From NCBI RefSeq assembly GCF_964194025.1, contig NC_134471.1, positions 27,900,001-27,964,000 on the forward strand: 64,000 nt of DNA. Reading direction: 5' to 3'. Both the position numbers and the translations under genes were made by a program. A model generated the notes under the pieces. It was not told the DNA's origin and searched no databases. It saw only the letters and a list, made by a program, of their open reading frames with translations. This document shows positions 50,800 through 64,000 of the stretch, piece after piece; the first letter of the stretch is position 1, and every line of letters begins with the position of its first letter. The stretch is from Convolutriloba macropyga (Eukaryota).

Positions 50800-53700
50800 A
50801 AAATTATGATTCTCTTAGTCGGAGCAAGAGTTGTCTAACAATTAACCTTACATGAGCTGATGATTTTCATGTTAATTGCTGTGAGCAGTAAGCTTCAATA
50901 ATTGCTTGTAAATCTGGTATTTGGATTGTTGGGGTGCCTAGTGTTTGAGCGTGAATCAACTTGTGTATTAAAGAAGATAAAGGCTTTGGTGTAGTTTTCG
51001 CTATTGACAAAAATTGAGTGAATTTCAAATATGCCCAAACTGATCTAGAGCAGACTCATTTATCGTAGTTGGAAACCCATTTTATGTCTGATACTTTGGA
51101 TGTGTCTGAATTCCGCTCCAAGATTGAGACTTTTTATAGATTCTTTATTATCGAGAAAAGTAGCGAATGGTCGTTAGCTGGTCATCTGGTTCGATTCGAT
51201 CATCAATCGGGGTAGAAGCACCGCTCCTGCTGAACCCCAAGCCAATATGCTCAAAGCTTTATTTTTGTAAGCAATCATGAGACTTAACCCTCGAACCATT
51301 TACTTTGATTGTGTGCCATGTATGCAAAAGATGTTAGCATCTTGCTGCTAGACCAGAATAAAAATTGAGATTATTGTCAAGGGTAAGAGCTTTATTAGGT
51401 GCGGATTGAGATTGTCTTCCCTTTACCATTAAAAGAACCACCCCGGCAATGTATTTATTATTTCAGAGTGCCTTACGTTGGAGTTTCTAGGCTGGTCAGC
51501 GATGAAACTTTGATCATTCGAGACGCACAAGGAATGGCTGAAGTATACCTGCAACTGTAATTGTCCATATTTTGTGCCACTTTCCATCCCCTTTTACATA
51601 TTCGGCGGAGCTTGACGAGGAGACCGCACCGCCGTCTTCGTCCGCCGTCGCACACAACCATTTGGCCTCCGTTATGAATGCACTCGTATAGTTCATCTGA
51701 GTTCCGGGAACTGGCCTCCGATATTGTTGATTTCCCATGTATTTGACATTTATCAACAACTCCATAGAACACCAACTTATTGTCCGTAAAACACACTGTC
51801 TCCACGTTTGTTGAGCTCGAAAAGACTATCAGCTTGATTTGTATGCTATAGATGCCGTCAGTTAACGAGAGGGGAAATTCTGTGACATACCATATGCGTT
51901 CTATCTCACCACTTTACAAATGTAATCGTCCTGGCATCATTGGGCTTTTGGACGCAACCCAATTTCGATTCTCTTAGTCACAGCAAGAGTTGTCTAACAA
52001 TTATTCGTCCATGAGCTTCTGATATTCAGGTCCATTACTGTAAGCGGTAAGCTTCACTGATTCCCTAAATCTGGTATTTTTGGATTGTTATTGGGGCCTA
52101 GTGTTTCAGAGTGAACCAACTTATCCATCAAACAGATAAAGAATTTGTTATATGTTTCGCTATTGACAAAAGTTGAGTGAATTGCAAATATGCACGAATT
52201 GATCTAGAGAGGACTCATTCATCGTAGTTGGAAACCCGTTTTGTGTATCTCATTTTGGATTTGACTGAATCGCGCTCCAAGATTGAGACTTTATAAAGAT
52301 TTGTTATCGGATTAAGTGAAGGTTTTTTTTCAACTGGAGTCTGGAAACTAGATCTGTCTTTTGTAATTTTTATTTCACTGATCTGTGTTGAACCAGTTGA
52401 GAGACACTGAGGCCGTTGGACAGGACGCTACTTACAATGTTTTAAAAAACATGGCGTGACCTTGACCTGAATTTCATTTACAACCCCCATAATAGTTCCA
52501 CCATAATGTCTCTGGGTTGAACATTAAGGAAGTATGTTTTTATAGCTCGGATTTGCTCCGGAGTGATCTCTGGGATCTCTCCTCGCCGTTCCTCTCCGAA
52601 TAGTACTTTAGGTGCATGTTTCACACCTCTTGGTCCGCCTTAGCCAAGCTCGCATTGCCAAACTGGCAATGGTAGGTTGGGCATCTGTTTCGATTTCGAT
52701 TGGATCTTGGATGGGGGTAGAAGCACAGCTCCTGTAATCTCAAGCCTATATGCTCAAAGCATTATCTTTGAAAGCAATGTTGAGCCTGCTCATCCTCAAA
52801 ACATGTACCATGTGTGTTCCATTTATGCAAAGGCTGTTGGGATCTAGCTGCTGGACCAGAAAAAAATGGGGGTTATTCTAAAGGATAAGAGATTTAGTAG
52901 GTGCTGCTTTGAGATAGTCTTTCTTTTACCATTAAAAGAACCACCCCGGCAATGTGTTTTGTATATTCCGGCTGCCTTGAGTAGGAATTTTCAGGCTGGT
53001 GAGCGATGAGGCTTTAATCATTCGAGACGTACAAGGAACGGCTGAATTACGCCTGCAACTCTAAGTGTACATACGTTGTGCCATTTTCCACCCCAACTTG
53101 CACATCCTGTGGAGCTTGAACGAGGAGACCGCAGCGCCGTCTTCATCCGCCTTCGCATACAAGCATTTGGTCTCCGTTATGAATGCGCTGGTATAATTCA
53201 TATAAATTTCAGGAAGTGGCTCCCGAGGTTGTCGACTCCCCATGTATTTGACATTCATCAACAATTTCACAGAGCACCAACTGCTTGTTCATAAAACACA
53301 CTCTCTCTCCCCACTTTTGTTGAGCACTAAGAGAACACAAACTTTAAGCGGAAAGCTTCGCTGATTCCTTAAATCTGGTATTTTTGGATTATTGGTGGGG
53401 CCTAGTGTTTCAGAGTGAACCAACTTTTCCATCAAACAGATAAAGATTTTGCTATATGTTTCGCTATTGACAAAAGTTGAGTGAATTGCAAATATGCACG
53501 AATTGCTCTAGAGTGGACTCATTCATCGTAGTTGGAAACCCATTTTATGTATCTCATTTTGGATTTCACTGAATCGCGCTCCAAGATTGAGACTTTATAA
53601 AGCTTTGTTATCGGATTAAGTAAAGGTTTTTTTTTTTCAACTGGAGTATGGAAGCTAGATCTATCTTTTGTAATTTTAAGTTCATTGATATTATTTGAAC

Positions 53701-56400
53701 CAGTTGAGGGACACGGAGCCAGTTGGACAAGACGCTCCTTACATTGTTTTAAAAAACATGGCGTGACCTTGACCTGAAATTCATTTACAACCCCCATAAT
53801 AGTTCCATCATAATGTCTCTGGGTTGAACATATAGGAAGTTTGTTTTTATAGCTCGGATTTGATCCGGAGTGATCTCTGGGTTCTCTCCTCGCCGTTCCT
53901 CTCCGAATAGTACTTTAGGTGCACTTTTCACACCTCTTGGTTCGCCTTAGCCAAGCTCGCATTGCCAAACTGGCAATGGTTGTAGGCTGGGCATCTGTTT
54001 CGATTTCGATTGGATCTTCGATTGGGGTAGAAGCACAGCTCCTGTAACCTCAAGCCTATATGCTCAAAGCATTATCTTTGAAAGCAATCTTGAGCCTGCT
54101 CATCCTCAAACCATGTACCCTATGTTTTCCATGTATGCAAAGGCTGTTGGGATCTAGAGGCTTTAATCATTCGAGACGTACAAGGAACGGCTGAATTACG
54201 CCTGCAACTCAAGTGTCCATACGTTGTGCCATTTTCCACCCCAACCTGCACATCCTGTGGAGCTTGAACGAGGAGATCACATCGCCGTCTTCATCCGCCT
54301 TCGCATACAAGCATTTGGTCTCCGTTATGAATGCGCTTTTATAATTCATATAAATCTCAGGAAGTGGCTCCCGAGGTTGTCGACTCCCCATGTATTTGAC
54401 ATTCATCAACAATTTCACAGAGCACCAACTGCTTGTTCATAAAACACTCTCTGTCCCCACGTTTGTTGAGCACTAAGAGAACACAAACTTTAAGTGGAAA
54501 GCTTCGCTGATTCCTTAAATCTGGTATTTTTGGATTGTTGGTGGGGCATATTGTTTCAGAGTGAACCAACTTATCCATCAAACAGATAAAGATTTTGCTA
54601 TATGTTTCGCTATTGACAAAAGTTGAGTGAATTGCAAATATGCACGAATTGCTCTAGAGTGGACTAATTCATCGTAGTTTGAAACCCATTTTGTGCATCT
54701 CATTTTTGATTTGACTGAATCGCGCACCAAGATTGAGACTTTATAAAGATTTGTTATCGGATTAAGTTAAGGTTTTTTTTCAACTGGAGTCTGGAAACTA
54801 GATCTGTCTTTTGTAATTTTTATTTCACTGATCTTTTTTGAACCAGTTGAGGGACACGGAGCCAGTTGGACAGGATGCTCCTTACATTGTTTTAGAAAAA
54901 CATGGCGTGACCTTGACCTGAATTTCATTTACAACCCCCATAATAGTTCCACCATAATGTCTCTGGGTTGAACATATAGGAAGTATGTTTTTATAGCTCG
55001 GATTTGCTCCGGATTGATCTCTGTGATCTCTCCTCGCCTTTTCTCTCCGTATAGTACTTTAGGTGCATGTTTCACATCTCCTGGTCCGCTTTAGCCAAGC
55101 TCGCATTGCCAAACTGGCAATGGTTGTAGGCTGGGCATCTGTTTCGATTTCGATTGGATCTTCGATGGGGTTAGAAGCACAGCTCCTGTAATCTCAAGCC
55201 AATATGCTCAAAGCATTATCTTTGAAAGCAATCTTGAGCCTGCTCATGCTCAAACCATGTACCATGTGTGTTCCATTTATGCAAAGGCTGTTGGGATCAT
55301 CTAGCTGCTGGACCAGAAAAAAAATGGAGGTTATTCTAAAGGATAAGAGATTTAGTAGGTGCTGCTTTGAGATATTCTTTCTTTTACCATTAAAAGAACC
55401 ACCCCGGCAATGTGTTTTGTATATTCCGGCTGCCTTGAGTAGGAATTTTCAGGCCGGTGAGCGATGAGGCTTTAATCTTTCGAGACGTACATGGAACGGC
55501 TGAGTTACGCCTTCAACTCTTAAGTTTCCATACGTTGTCATTTTCCACCCCAACTTACACATCCTGTGGAGCTTGAACGAGGAGACCGCATCGCCGTCTT
55601 CATCTGCCGTCGCATACAAGCATTTGGTCTCCGTTATGAATGCGCTCGTATAAATCATATAAATTTCAGGAAGTGGCCCCCGAGGTTGTCGACTCCCCAT
55701 GTATTTGACATTCATCAACAATTTCACAGAGCACCAACTGCTTGTTCATAAAACACACTCTCTGTCCCCACGTTTGTTGAGCACTAAGAGAACACAAAAT
55801 TGTTATGTATGCCGTCATTGAACGAGAGGGGAATTCTTTGATGTACCATGTGCTCTCTATCTCAACCACTTTACAAATGTGATCTTCCGGGCACCATTAG
55901 TTTTTTTGGACGCATCCATATTATGACTCTTAGTCGCAGCAACAGTTGTCTGACAATTAAGCTTCCCTGAGTTGCTAATATTCATGTTTATTACTGTAAG
56001 CAGTAAGCTTCACTGATTCCCTATAAATCTGTGTTTTTAGATTGTTTGGCCTAGTGTTTTTGAGTGAACAAACTTATCTATTCAAGCAGATAAAGGTTTT
56101 GTTATGTTTCGCTATTTACAAAAATACAGTGAATTGCAAATATATCCAAATTGATCTAGATCAGACTCCTTCATCGTAGTTGGAAAACCTGCTTATGTAT
56201 CTCACTTTGGATTTGACTGAATTGCGCACCAAGATTGAGACTTTTTTAAGATTTATCGGAATAAGTAATTGTTTCCAACTGGAATCTGGAAACAAGATCT
56301 GTCTTTTGAAAAATTTTCAGTTCACTGATTTGCTGTGTTGATCCAGCTGAGGGACGCTCCGGCTGATGGGCGCTGAGCCTGTTGGACAGGACGCTCATAG
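50800..56400 (-). repeat. Tandem array of ~1.15-1.5-kb units, each a PHM-like pseudogene plus spacer
   Basis: Marker GACTCATTCATCGTAGTTGG at about 51050, 52210, 53515, 54660 and 56165. Most units keep an AFAY-type segment and the LELQAY segment, with stops and frameshifts. Confidence 0.88.
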
Positions 56401-59400
56401 CAATAAGTTTTCAGAAAACATTTCATGACCTTAACCTGTATTTGTTTCTATAGCACTGATGTGCTGCTGGGATCTCTCCTCGTCGTTCCTCTCCGAATGG
56501 CGCATTAGGTACCTGTTGCACATCTCTTGATCTGGCCCTTTAACCAATCCTGATATAATCAGTTGCATCGCCAGACTAGCGAATGGCCGTAAGTTGGTCA
56601 TCTGGTTCGATTTTGATTGTATCATCAACCAGGTTAGAAGCTTCAGGCTGGTAAGCGATGTGAATTTAATCATTCGAGACGTACAAGGAATGGCTGAAGT
56701 ACGCCTGCATCTCTGTGTTCATACTTTGCGGCACTTTCCACCCGAATTTACATATACGGCAGAGCTTCAACGAGGAGGCCGCATAGCCGTCCTCATCCGC
56801 CGTTGCATACAATCAATTGGTCTCCGTTATGAATTCGCTCGTATAATTCATCTATGTTTCGAAGTGGCTCCCGAGGTTTTCGATTTGCATGTATTTGACA
56901 TTCATCATCAAAGCCAGTGCACCAATTGCTTATTCGTAAAACACACTCTCTGCGCCACGTTTGTTAAGCACGAAAAGAACACCAACTTGTTATGTATGCC
57001 GTCAACCAGATCTTCAACAAGCTATTATTTACTTCGATATCAATAACTACTGTGGTGCTCACTTGATATCAACATCAGTCGTTTTTGAGAACCCCTGGTT
57101 TATGAATAGCACAGTTAACCACAGGGTAATCTTTATTTTCTGAGGGAATACAGCTATGAAATACCAACTTATGATTCTTGATCGCAGCAAGAGTTGATGG
57201 TACAACACACATAGCACCTCCACAATAATGTCTCTCAGGATCACACATAAAGGAAGTCTGTTTCTATAGCGTGGACGTGCTGCTGGGATCTCTCATCGTC
57301 TTCCTCTCCGAATGTTACATTAGCTACATGTTGCAATTCTCTTGATCTGGCCCCTTACCAATCCTGATATCCTCAGTCGCATTGCCAAACTGGCGAATGG
57401 TCGTAAGCTGGTCATTTGGTTCAATTTTGATTGGATCATCAATCGTGTTAGAAGCTCCAGGCTGGTCAGCGATATGAATTTGATCATCGGAGACGTACAA
57501 GGCATGGTTGAAGTACGCCTGCAATTCTTTGTCTATACTTTGCGCCACTTTCCACCCCAGTTTACTTATATGGCGGAGCTTCAACAAGGAAACCGCATCG
57601 CCGTCTTCATCCGCCGTCGCATACAATCATTTGGTCTCCGTTATGAATTTGATCATTCGAGGCGTACAAGGAATGAATTTGATCATTCGAGACGTACAAG
57701 GAATGGCTGAAGTACGCCTGCATCTCTGTGTCCATACTTTGCGGCACTTTCCACCCCATTTTACATATACGGCCGAGCTTCAACGAGGAGACCGCACAGC
57801 CGTCCTCATCCGCCGTCGCATACAATCATTTGATCTCCGTTATGAATTCGCTCGTATAATTCATCTAAGTTTCGAGAATTGGCTTCCGAGGTTGTCGATT
57901 TCCATGTATTTGACATTCATCAATAAATCCACAGTGCACCAATTGCTTGTTCGTAAAACACACTCTCTGCGCCACGTTTGTTCAGCACGAAAAGAACACC
58001 AACTTGTTATGTATGCCGTCAACCAGATCTTCAACGAGCTATTGTTTACTTTGATATCAACAACTACTGGTACTCACGTGGTATCAACATCAGTCGTTTT
58101 TGTCAACCCCTGTTTTAATGAATAGCACAGTTAACCACAGGGTAATCATTATTTTTTGAGGGAATACAGCTATGAAATACCAAATTATGATTCCTGATCC
58201 CAGCAAGAGTGGCTGGTACAACACACCTAGCACCTCCACAATAATGTCTCTCAGTGTCACACATAGGGCAAGTATGTTTCTATAGCGCGGACATGCTGCT
58301 GGGATCTCTCCTCGTCTTCCTCTCCGAATGGTACATTAGCTATATGTTGCACATCTCTTGATCTGGCCCCTTACCGATCCTGATATCCTCAGTCGCATTG
58401 CCAAACTGGCGAATAGTTGTAAGCTGGTCATCTGGTTTGGTTTTGATTGGATCATCAACCGGGTTAGAAGCTGCAGGCTGGTCAGCGATATGAATTTGAT
58501 CATTTGAGACGTACAAGGCATGGCTGAAGTACGCCTGCAACTCTTTGTCCCTACTTTGCACCACTTTCCATCCCAATTTACGTATACGGCGGAGCTTCTA
58601 CGAGGAAGCCGCATCGACGTCTTCATCCGCCGTCGCATACAATCATTTGGTCTCCGTTATGAATTCGCTCGTATAATTCATCTAAGTTTCGAGAATTGGC
58701 TCCCGAGGTTGTCGATTTCCATGTATTTGACATTCATCAATAAATCCACAGTGCACCAATTGCTTGTTCATAAAACACACTATCTGCGCCACGTTTGTTA
58801 AGCACGAAAAAAACACCAACTTGTTATGTATGCCGTCAACCAGATCTTCAACGTGCTATTATTTTGATATCAACATCTACTTCGGTACTCACGTGGTATC
58901 AACATCAGTCGTTTTTGACAAACCGTGGTTTTTGAATAGCACAGTTAAGCACAGGGTAATCATTATCTTCTGAGTGAATACAGCTAGGAATACACCAAAA
59001 TATGATTCTCCTGGTCGCAGCAATAGTTGCTGGTACAACACACATAGCAACTCCACAATAATGTCTCTCCGTGTCACACATAAAGGAAGTATATGTTTCT
59101 ATAGCGTGGACGTGCTGCTGGGATCTCTCCTCGTCTTCCTCTCCGAATGGTACATTAGGTACATGTTGCACATCTCTTTATCTGGCCCCTAACCAATCCT
59201 GATATCCTCAGTCGCATTGCCAAACTGGCGAATGGTCGTAAGCTGGTCATCTGGTTCGATTTTGATTGGATCATCAACGGGGTTAGCAGCTCCAGGCTGG
59301 TCAGCGATATGAATTTGATCATTTGAGACGTACAAGGCACGGCTGAAGTACGCCCGCAACTCTTTGTCCAAATTTTGCGCCACTTTCCACCCCAATTTAC

Positions 59401-62400
59401 ATATACGGCGGAGCTTCAACGATGAGACCGCATTGCTGTCTTCACAGCCGTCGCATACAATCATTTGGTCTCCGTTATGAATTCGCTCGTATAATTCATC
59501 TAAGTTTCGAAGTGGCTCCCGAGGTTGTCATTTTCCATGTATTTGACATTCATCAATAAATCCACAGTGCACCAATTGCTTGTTCGTATAACAAACTTTC
59601 TGCGCCACGTTTGTTAGGCACGAAAAGAACACCAACTTGTTATGTATGCCGTCAACCAGGTCTTCAACGTGCTATTGTTTACTTTGATATCAACATCTAC
59701 TTGGTATCAACAGCAGTCGTTTTTGGCAACCCCTGATTTATGAATAGCACAGTTAACCACAGGGTAATCTTTATCTTCTGAGTGAATACAGCTATGAAAT
59801 ACCACATTATGATTCTCCTGGTCGCAGCAGGAGTTGCAGGTACAACACATAGCACCTCCAAAATAATGTCTCTCTGTGTCACACATAAAGGAAGTGTATG
59901 TTTCTAAAGCGCGGACGTGCTGCTGCGATCTCTCCTCGTCTTCCTCTCTGAATGGTACATTAGGTATATGTTGCACATCTCTTTATCTGGCCCCTAACCA
60001 ATCTTGATATCCTCAGTCGCATTGCCAAACTCGCGAGTGTTCGTAAGCTTTTCATCTGGTTCGATTTTTATTGGATCATCAACAGGGTTAGAAGCTCCAG
60101 GCTGGTCAGCGATATAAATTTGATCATTCGAGACGTACAAGGCATGGCTGAAATACGCCTGCAACTCTTTGTCCATATTTTGCGCCTGTTTCGACCCCAA
60201 TTTACATATACGGCGGAGCTTCAACGAGGAGACCGCATCGCCGTCTTCATCCGCTGTCGCATACAATCATTTGGTCCCCCTTATGAATTCGCTCGTATAA
60301 CTCGTCTAAAATTCGCGAAGTGGCTCCCGAGATTGTCGATTTCCATGTATTTGACATTCATCAATAAATCCACGGTTCACCAATTGCTTGTTCGTAAAAC
60401 ACACTCTCTGCGCCACGTTTGTTAAGCACAAAAAGAACACTAACTTGTTATGTATGTCGTCAGCCAGATCTGCAACGTGCTATTATTTTGATATCAACAT
60501 CTACTTTGGTACTCACGTGGTGTCAACATCAGCCGTTTTTGACAACCCCTGGTTTATGAATAGCACAGTTAACCACAGGGTAATATTTACCTTCTGAGTG
60601 AATACAGCTAGGAATACACCAAATTATGATTCTCCTGGTCGCAGCAAGAGTTGCTGGTACAACACACATAGCACCTCCCCAATAATGTCTCTCTGTGTCA
60701 CACATAAAGGAAGTATATGTTTCTATAGCGCGGACGTGCTGCTGCAATCTCTCCTCGTCTTCCTCTCCGAATGGTACATTAGGTATATGTTGCACATCTC
60801 TTTATCTGGCCCCTAACCAATCTTGATATCCTCAGTCGCATTGCCAAACTCGCGAGTGGTCGTAAGCTTTTCATCTGGTTCGATTTTTATTGGATCATCA
60901 ACAGGGTTAGAAGCTCCAGGCTGGTCAGCGATATAAATTTGATCATTCGAGACGTACAAGGCATAGCTGAAATACGCCTGCAACTCTTTGTCCATATTTT
61001 GCGCCTGTTTCGACCCCAATTTACATATACGGCGGAGCTTCAACGAGGAGACCGCATCGCCGTCTTCATCCGCCGTCGCATACAATCATTTGGTCCCCGT
61101 TATGAATTCGCTCGTATAACTCGTCTAAAATTCGCGAAGTGGCTCCCGAGATTGTCGATTTCCATGTATTTGACATTCATCAATAAATCCACGGTTCACC
61201 AATTGCTTGTTCGTAAAACACACTCTCTGCGCCACGTTTGTTAAGCACAAAAAGAACACTAACTTGTTATGTATGTCGTCAGCCAGATCTGCAACGTGCT
61301 ATTATTTTGATATCAACATCTACTTTGGTACTCACGTGGTGTCAACATCAGCCGTTTTTGACAACCCCTGGTTTATGAATAGCACAGTTAACCACAGGGT
61401 AATATTTATCTTCTGAGTGAATACAGCTAGGAATACACCAAATTATGATTCTCCTGGTCGCAGCAAGAGTTGCTGGTACAACACATAGCACCTCCACAAT
61501 AATGTCTCTCTGTGTCACACATAAAGGAAGTATATGTTTCTATAGCGCGGACGTGCTGCTGCGATCTCTCCTCGTCTTCCTCTCCGAATGGTACATTAGG
61601 TACATGTTGCACATCTCTTGATCTGGCCCCTTACCAATCCTGATATCCTCGGTCGCATTGCCAAACTGGCGAATGGTTGTAAGCTGGTCATCTGGTTCGA
61701 TTTTGATTGGATCATCAACCGGGTTACAAGCTCCAGGCAGGTCAGCGATATGAATTTGTTCATTCGAGACATACAAGGCATGGCTGAAGTACGCTAGCAT
61801 CTCTGTGTCCATACTTTGCGGCACTTTCCACCCCAATTTACATTCACGGCGGAGCTTTAACGAGGAGACCGCATCGCCGTCTTCATCGGCCGTCGCATAA
61901 AATCATTTGGTCTCCGTTATGAATTCGCTCGTATAATTCATCTAAGTTTCGAGAATTGGCTCCAGAGATTGTCGATTTCCATGTATTTGACATTCATCAA
62001 TAAATCCACAGTGCACCAATTGCTTGTTCGCAAAGCACACTCTCTGCGCCACGTTTTTAAGCGTGAAAAGAACTCCGACTTGTTATGTATGCTGTCAACC
62101 AGATCTTCAACGTGCTATTATTTACTTTGATATCAACATCTAATTTGGTACTCACGTGGTGTCAACATCATTCGTTTTTGACAACCCCTGTTTTATGAAA
62201 AGCACAGTTAACCACAGGGCAATCATTATCTTCTGAGTGAATACAGCTTTGAAATACCAAATTATGATTTTCCTGGTCGCAGCAAGAAATGCTGGTACAA
62301 CACACATAGCACCTCCCCAATAATGTCTCTCTGTGTCACACATAAAGGAAGTATATGTTTCTATAGCGCGGACGTGCTGCTGCAATCTCTCCTCGTCTTC

Positions 62401-64000
62401 CTCTCCGAATGGTACATTAGGTACATGTTGCACATCTCTTGATCTGGCCCCTTACCAATCTTGATATCCTCGGTCGCATTGCCAAACTGGCGAATGGTTG
62501 TAAGCTGGTCATCTGGTTCGATTTTGATTGGATCATCAACCGGGTTACAAGCTCCAGGCGGGTCAGCGATATGAATTTGTTCATTCGAGACATACAAGGC
62601 ATGGCTGAAGTACGCCAGCATCTCTGTGTCCATACTTTGCGGCACTTTCCACCACAATTTACATTCACGGCGGAGCTTTAACGAGGAGACAGCATCGCCG
62701 TCTTCATCGGCCGTCGCAGAAAATCATTTGGTCTCCGTTATGAATTCGCTCGTATAATTCATCTAAGTTTCGAGAATTGGCTCCAGAGATTGTCGATTTC
62801 CATGTATTTGACATTCATCAATAAATCCACAGTGCACCATTGCCTGTTCGCAAAGCACACTCTCTGCGCCACGTTTTTAAGCATGAAAAGAACACCGACT
62901 TGTTATGTATGCTGTCAACCAGATCTTCAACGTGCTATTATTTACTTTGATATCAACATCTAATTTGGTACTCACGTGGTGTCAACATCATTCGTTTTTG
63001 ACAACCCTGTTTTATGAAAAGCACAGTTAACCACAGGGTAATCATTATCTTCTGAGTGAATACAGCTTTGAAATACCAAATTATGATTTTCCTCTTCGCA
63101 GCAAGAAATGCTGGTACAACACACATAGCAGGTCTACAATAATGTCTCTCTGGGTCACACATAAAGAATGTTTCTATAGCGCGGACATGCTGCTGGGATC
63201 TCTCCTCGTCTTCCTCTCCGAATGGTACATTAGGTACATGTTGCACATCTATTGATCTGGCCCCCTACCAATCTTGATATCCTCAGTCGCATTGCCAAAC
63301 TGGTTAATGGTCGTAAGCTGGTCATCTGGTTCGATTTTGATTGGATCATCAACCGGGTTAGAAGCTCCAGGCTGGTCAGCTATATGAGTTTGATCATTGG
63401 AGACGTACAAGGCACGGCTGAAGTACGCCTGCAACCCTTTGTCCTTCCTTTGCGCAACTTTCCACCCCAATTTACATATACGTCGGGGCTTCAACGAGGA
63501 GACCGCATCGCCGTCTTCATCCGCCGTCGCATACAATCATTTGGTCTCCGTTATGATGTCGCTCGTATAATTCATCTAAGTTTCGAGAATTGGCTCCCGA
63601 GGTTGTCGATTTCCATGTATTTGACATTCATCAATAAATCTACAGTGCACCAATTGCTTGTTCGTAAAACACACTCTCTGCGCCACGTTTGTTAAGCACA
63701 AAAAGAACACCAACTTGTTATGTATATCGTCAGCGAGATCTGCAACGTGCTATTATTTTGATATCAACATCTACTTTGGTAGTCACGTGGTGTCAACATC
63801 AGTCGTTTTTGACGACCCCTGGTTTATGAATAGCGCAGTTAACCACAGGGTAATATTTATCTTCTGAGTGAATACAGCTAGGAATACACCAAATTATGAT
63901 TCTCCTGGTCGCAGCAAGAGTTCCTGGTACAACACATAGCACCTCCACAATAATGTCTCTCTGTGTCACACATAAAGGAAGTATATGTTTCTATAGCGCG
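56400..64000 (-). repeat. ~819-bp satellite (9+ copies, continuing past the window end) derived from PHM-like coding sequence
   Basis: Marker (G/A)ATCTCTCCTCGTC at 56471, 57287, 58303, 59122, 59927, 60746, 61563, 62384 and 63197. Units encode variants of ELQAYF...DDPIKIEPDDQLTTIRQFGNATEDIRIGKGPDQEMCNMYLMY. Confidence 0.95.

Noticed and set aside
57342-63867. Plus-strand ORFs in the array (e.g. 57508..58125, 63252..63695)
   Set aside because: Antisense shadows of the PHM-derived frame; their lengths vary between units and they show no recognisable motifs.
56400-64000. CRISPR array or array of functional genes
   Set aside because: Units are ~819-bp full-length repeats with no unique spacers and no cas genes. 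Every unit has frameshifts or stops and lacks the CuM His segment.

Overview
AT-rich, repeat-dense animal genomic DNA with spliceosomal introns; no prokaryotic features. The organism cannot be determined from the sequence. 1-12 kb: mosaic of non-autonomous Helentron/DINE-like repeats, microsatellites, a candidate two-exon orphan gene and a decayed L2-type LINE. 13.7-15.2 kb: three-exon TMEM70. 17044-40272 (minus strand): a complete but mutated 23.2-kb Ty3/Gypsy retrovirus-like provirus with paired LTRs, a GTTGG target-site duplication and a tRNA-Leu-like PBS. Besides gag-pol and a class I fusion env, it carries a TARG1/OARD1-type ADP-ribose macrodomain at the Pol C-terminus, a dUTPase-like insert, an extra ORF before gag, an antisense small membrane glycoprotein ORF, and a ~145-bp module repeated with invariant internal spacing between pol and env. 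Two internal tandem duplications (~3.5 and ~3.0 kb) inflate it. 41.5-45.9 kb: a CHRAC1-like gene and the first exon of PANK4. 47.4-64 kb: tandem arrays derived from an intronless copper monooxygenase (PHM/PAM-like) coding sequence. These grade from diverged pseudogene copies into a homogenised ~819-bp satellite, antisense within the presumed first intron of PANK4. All homology calls come from motif recognition by eye; no database search was run.
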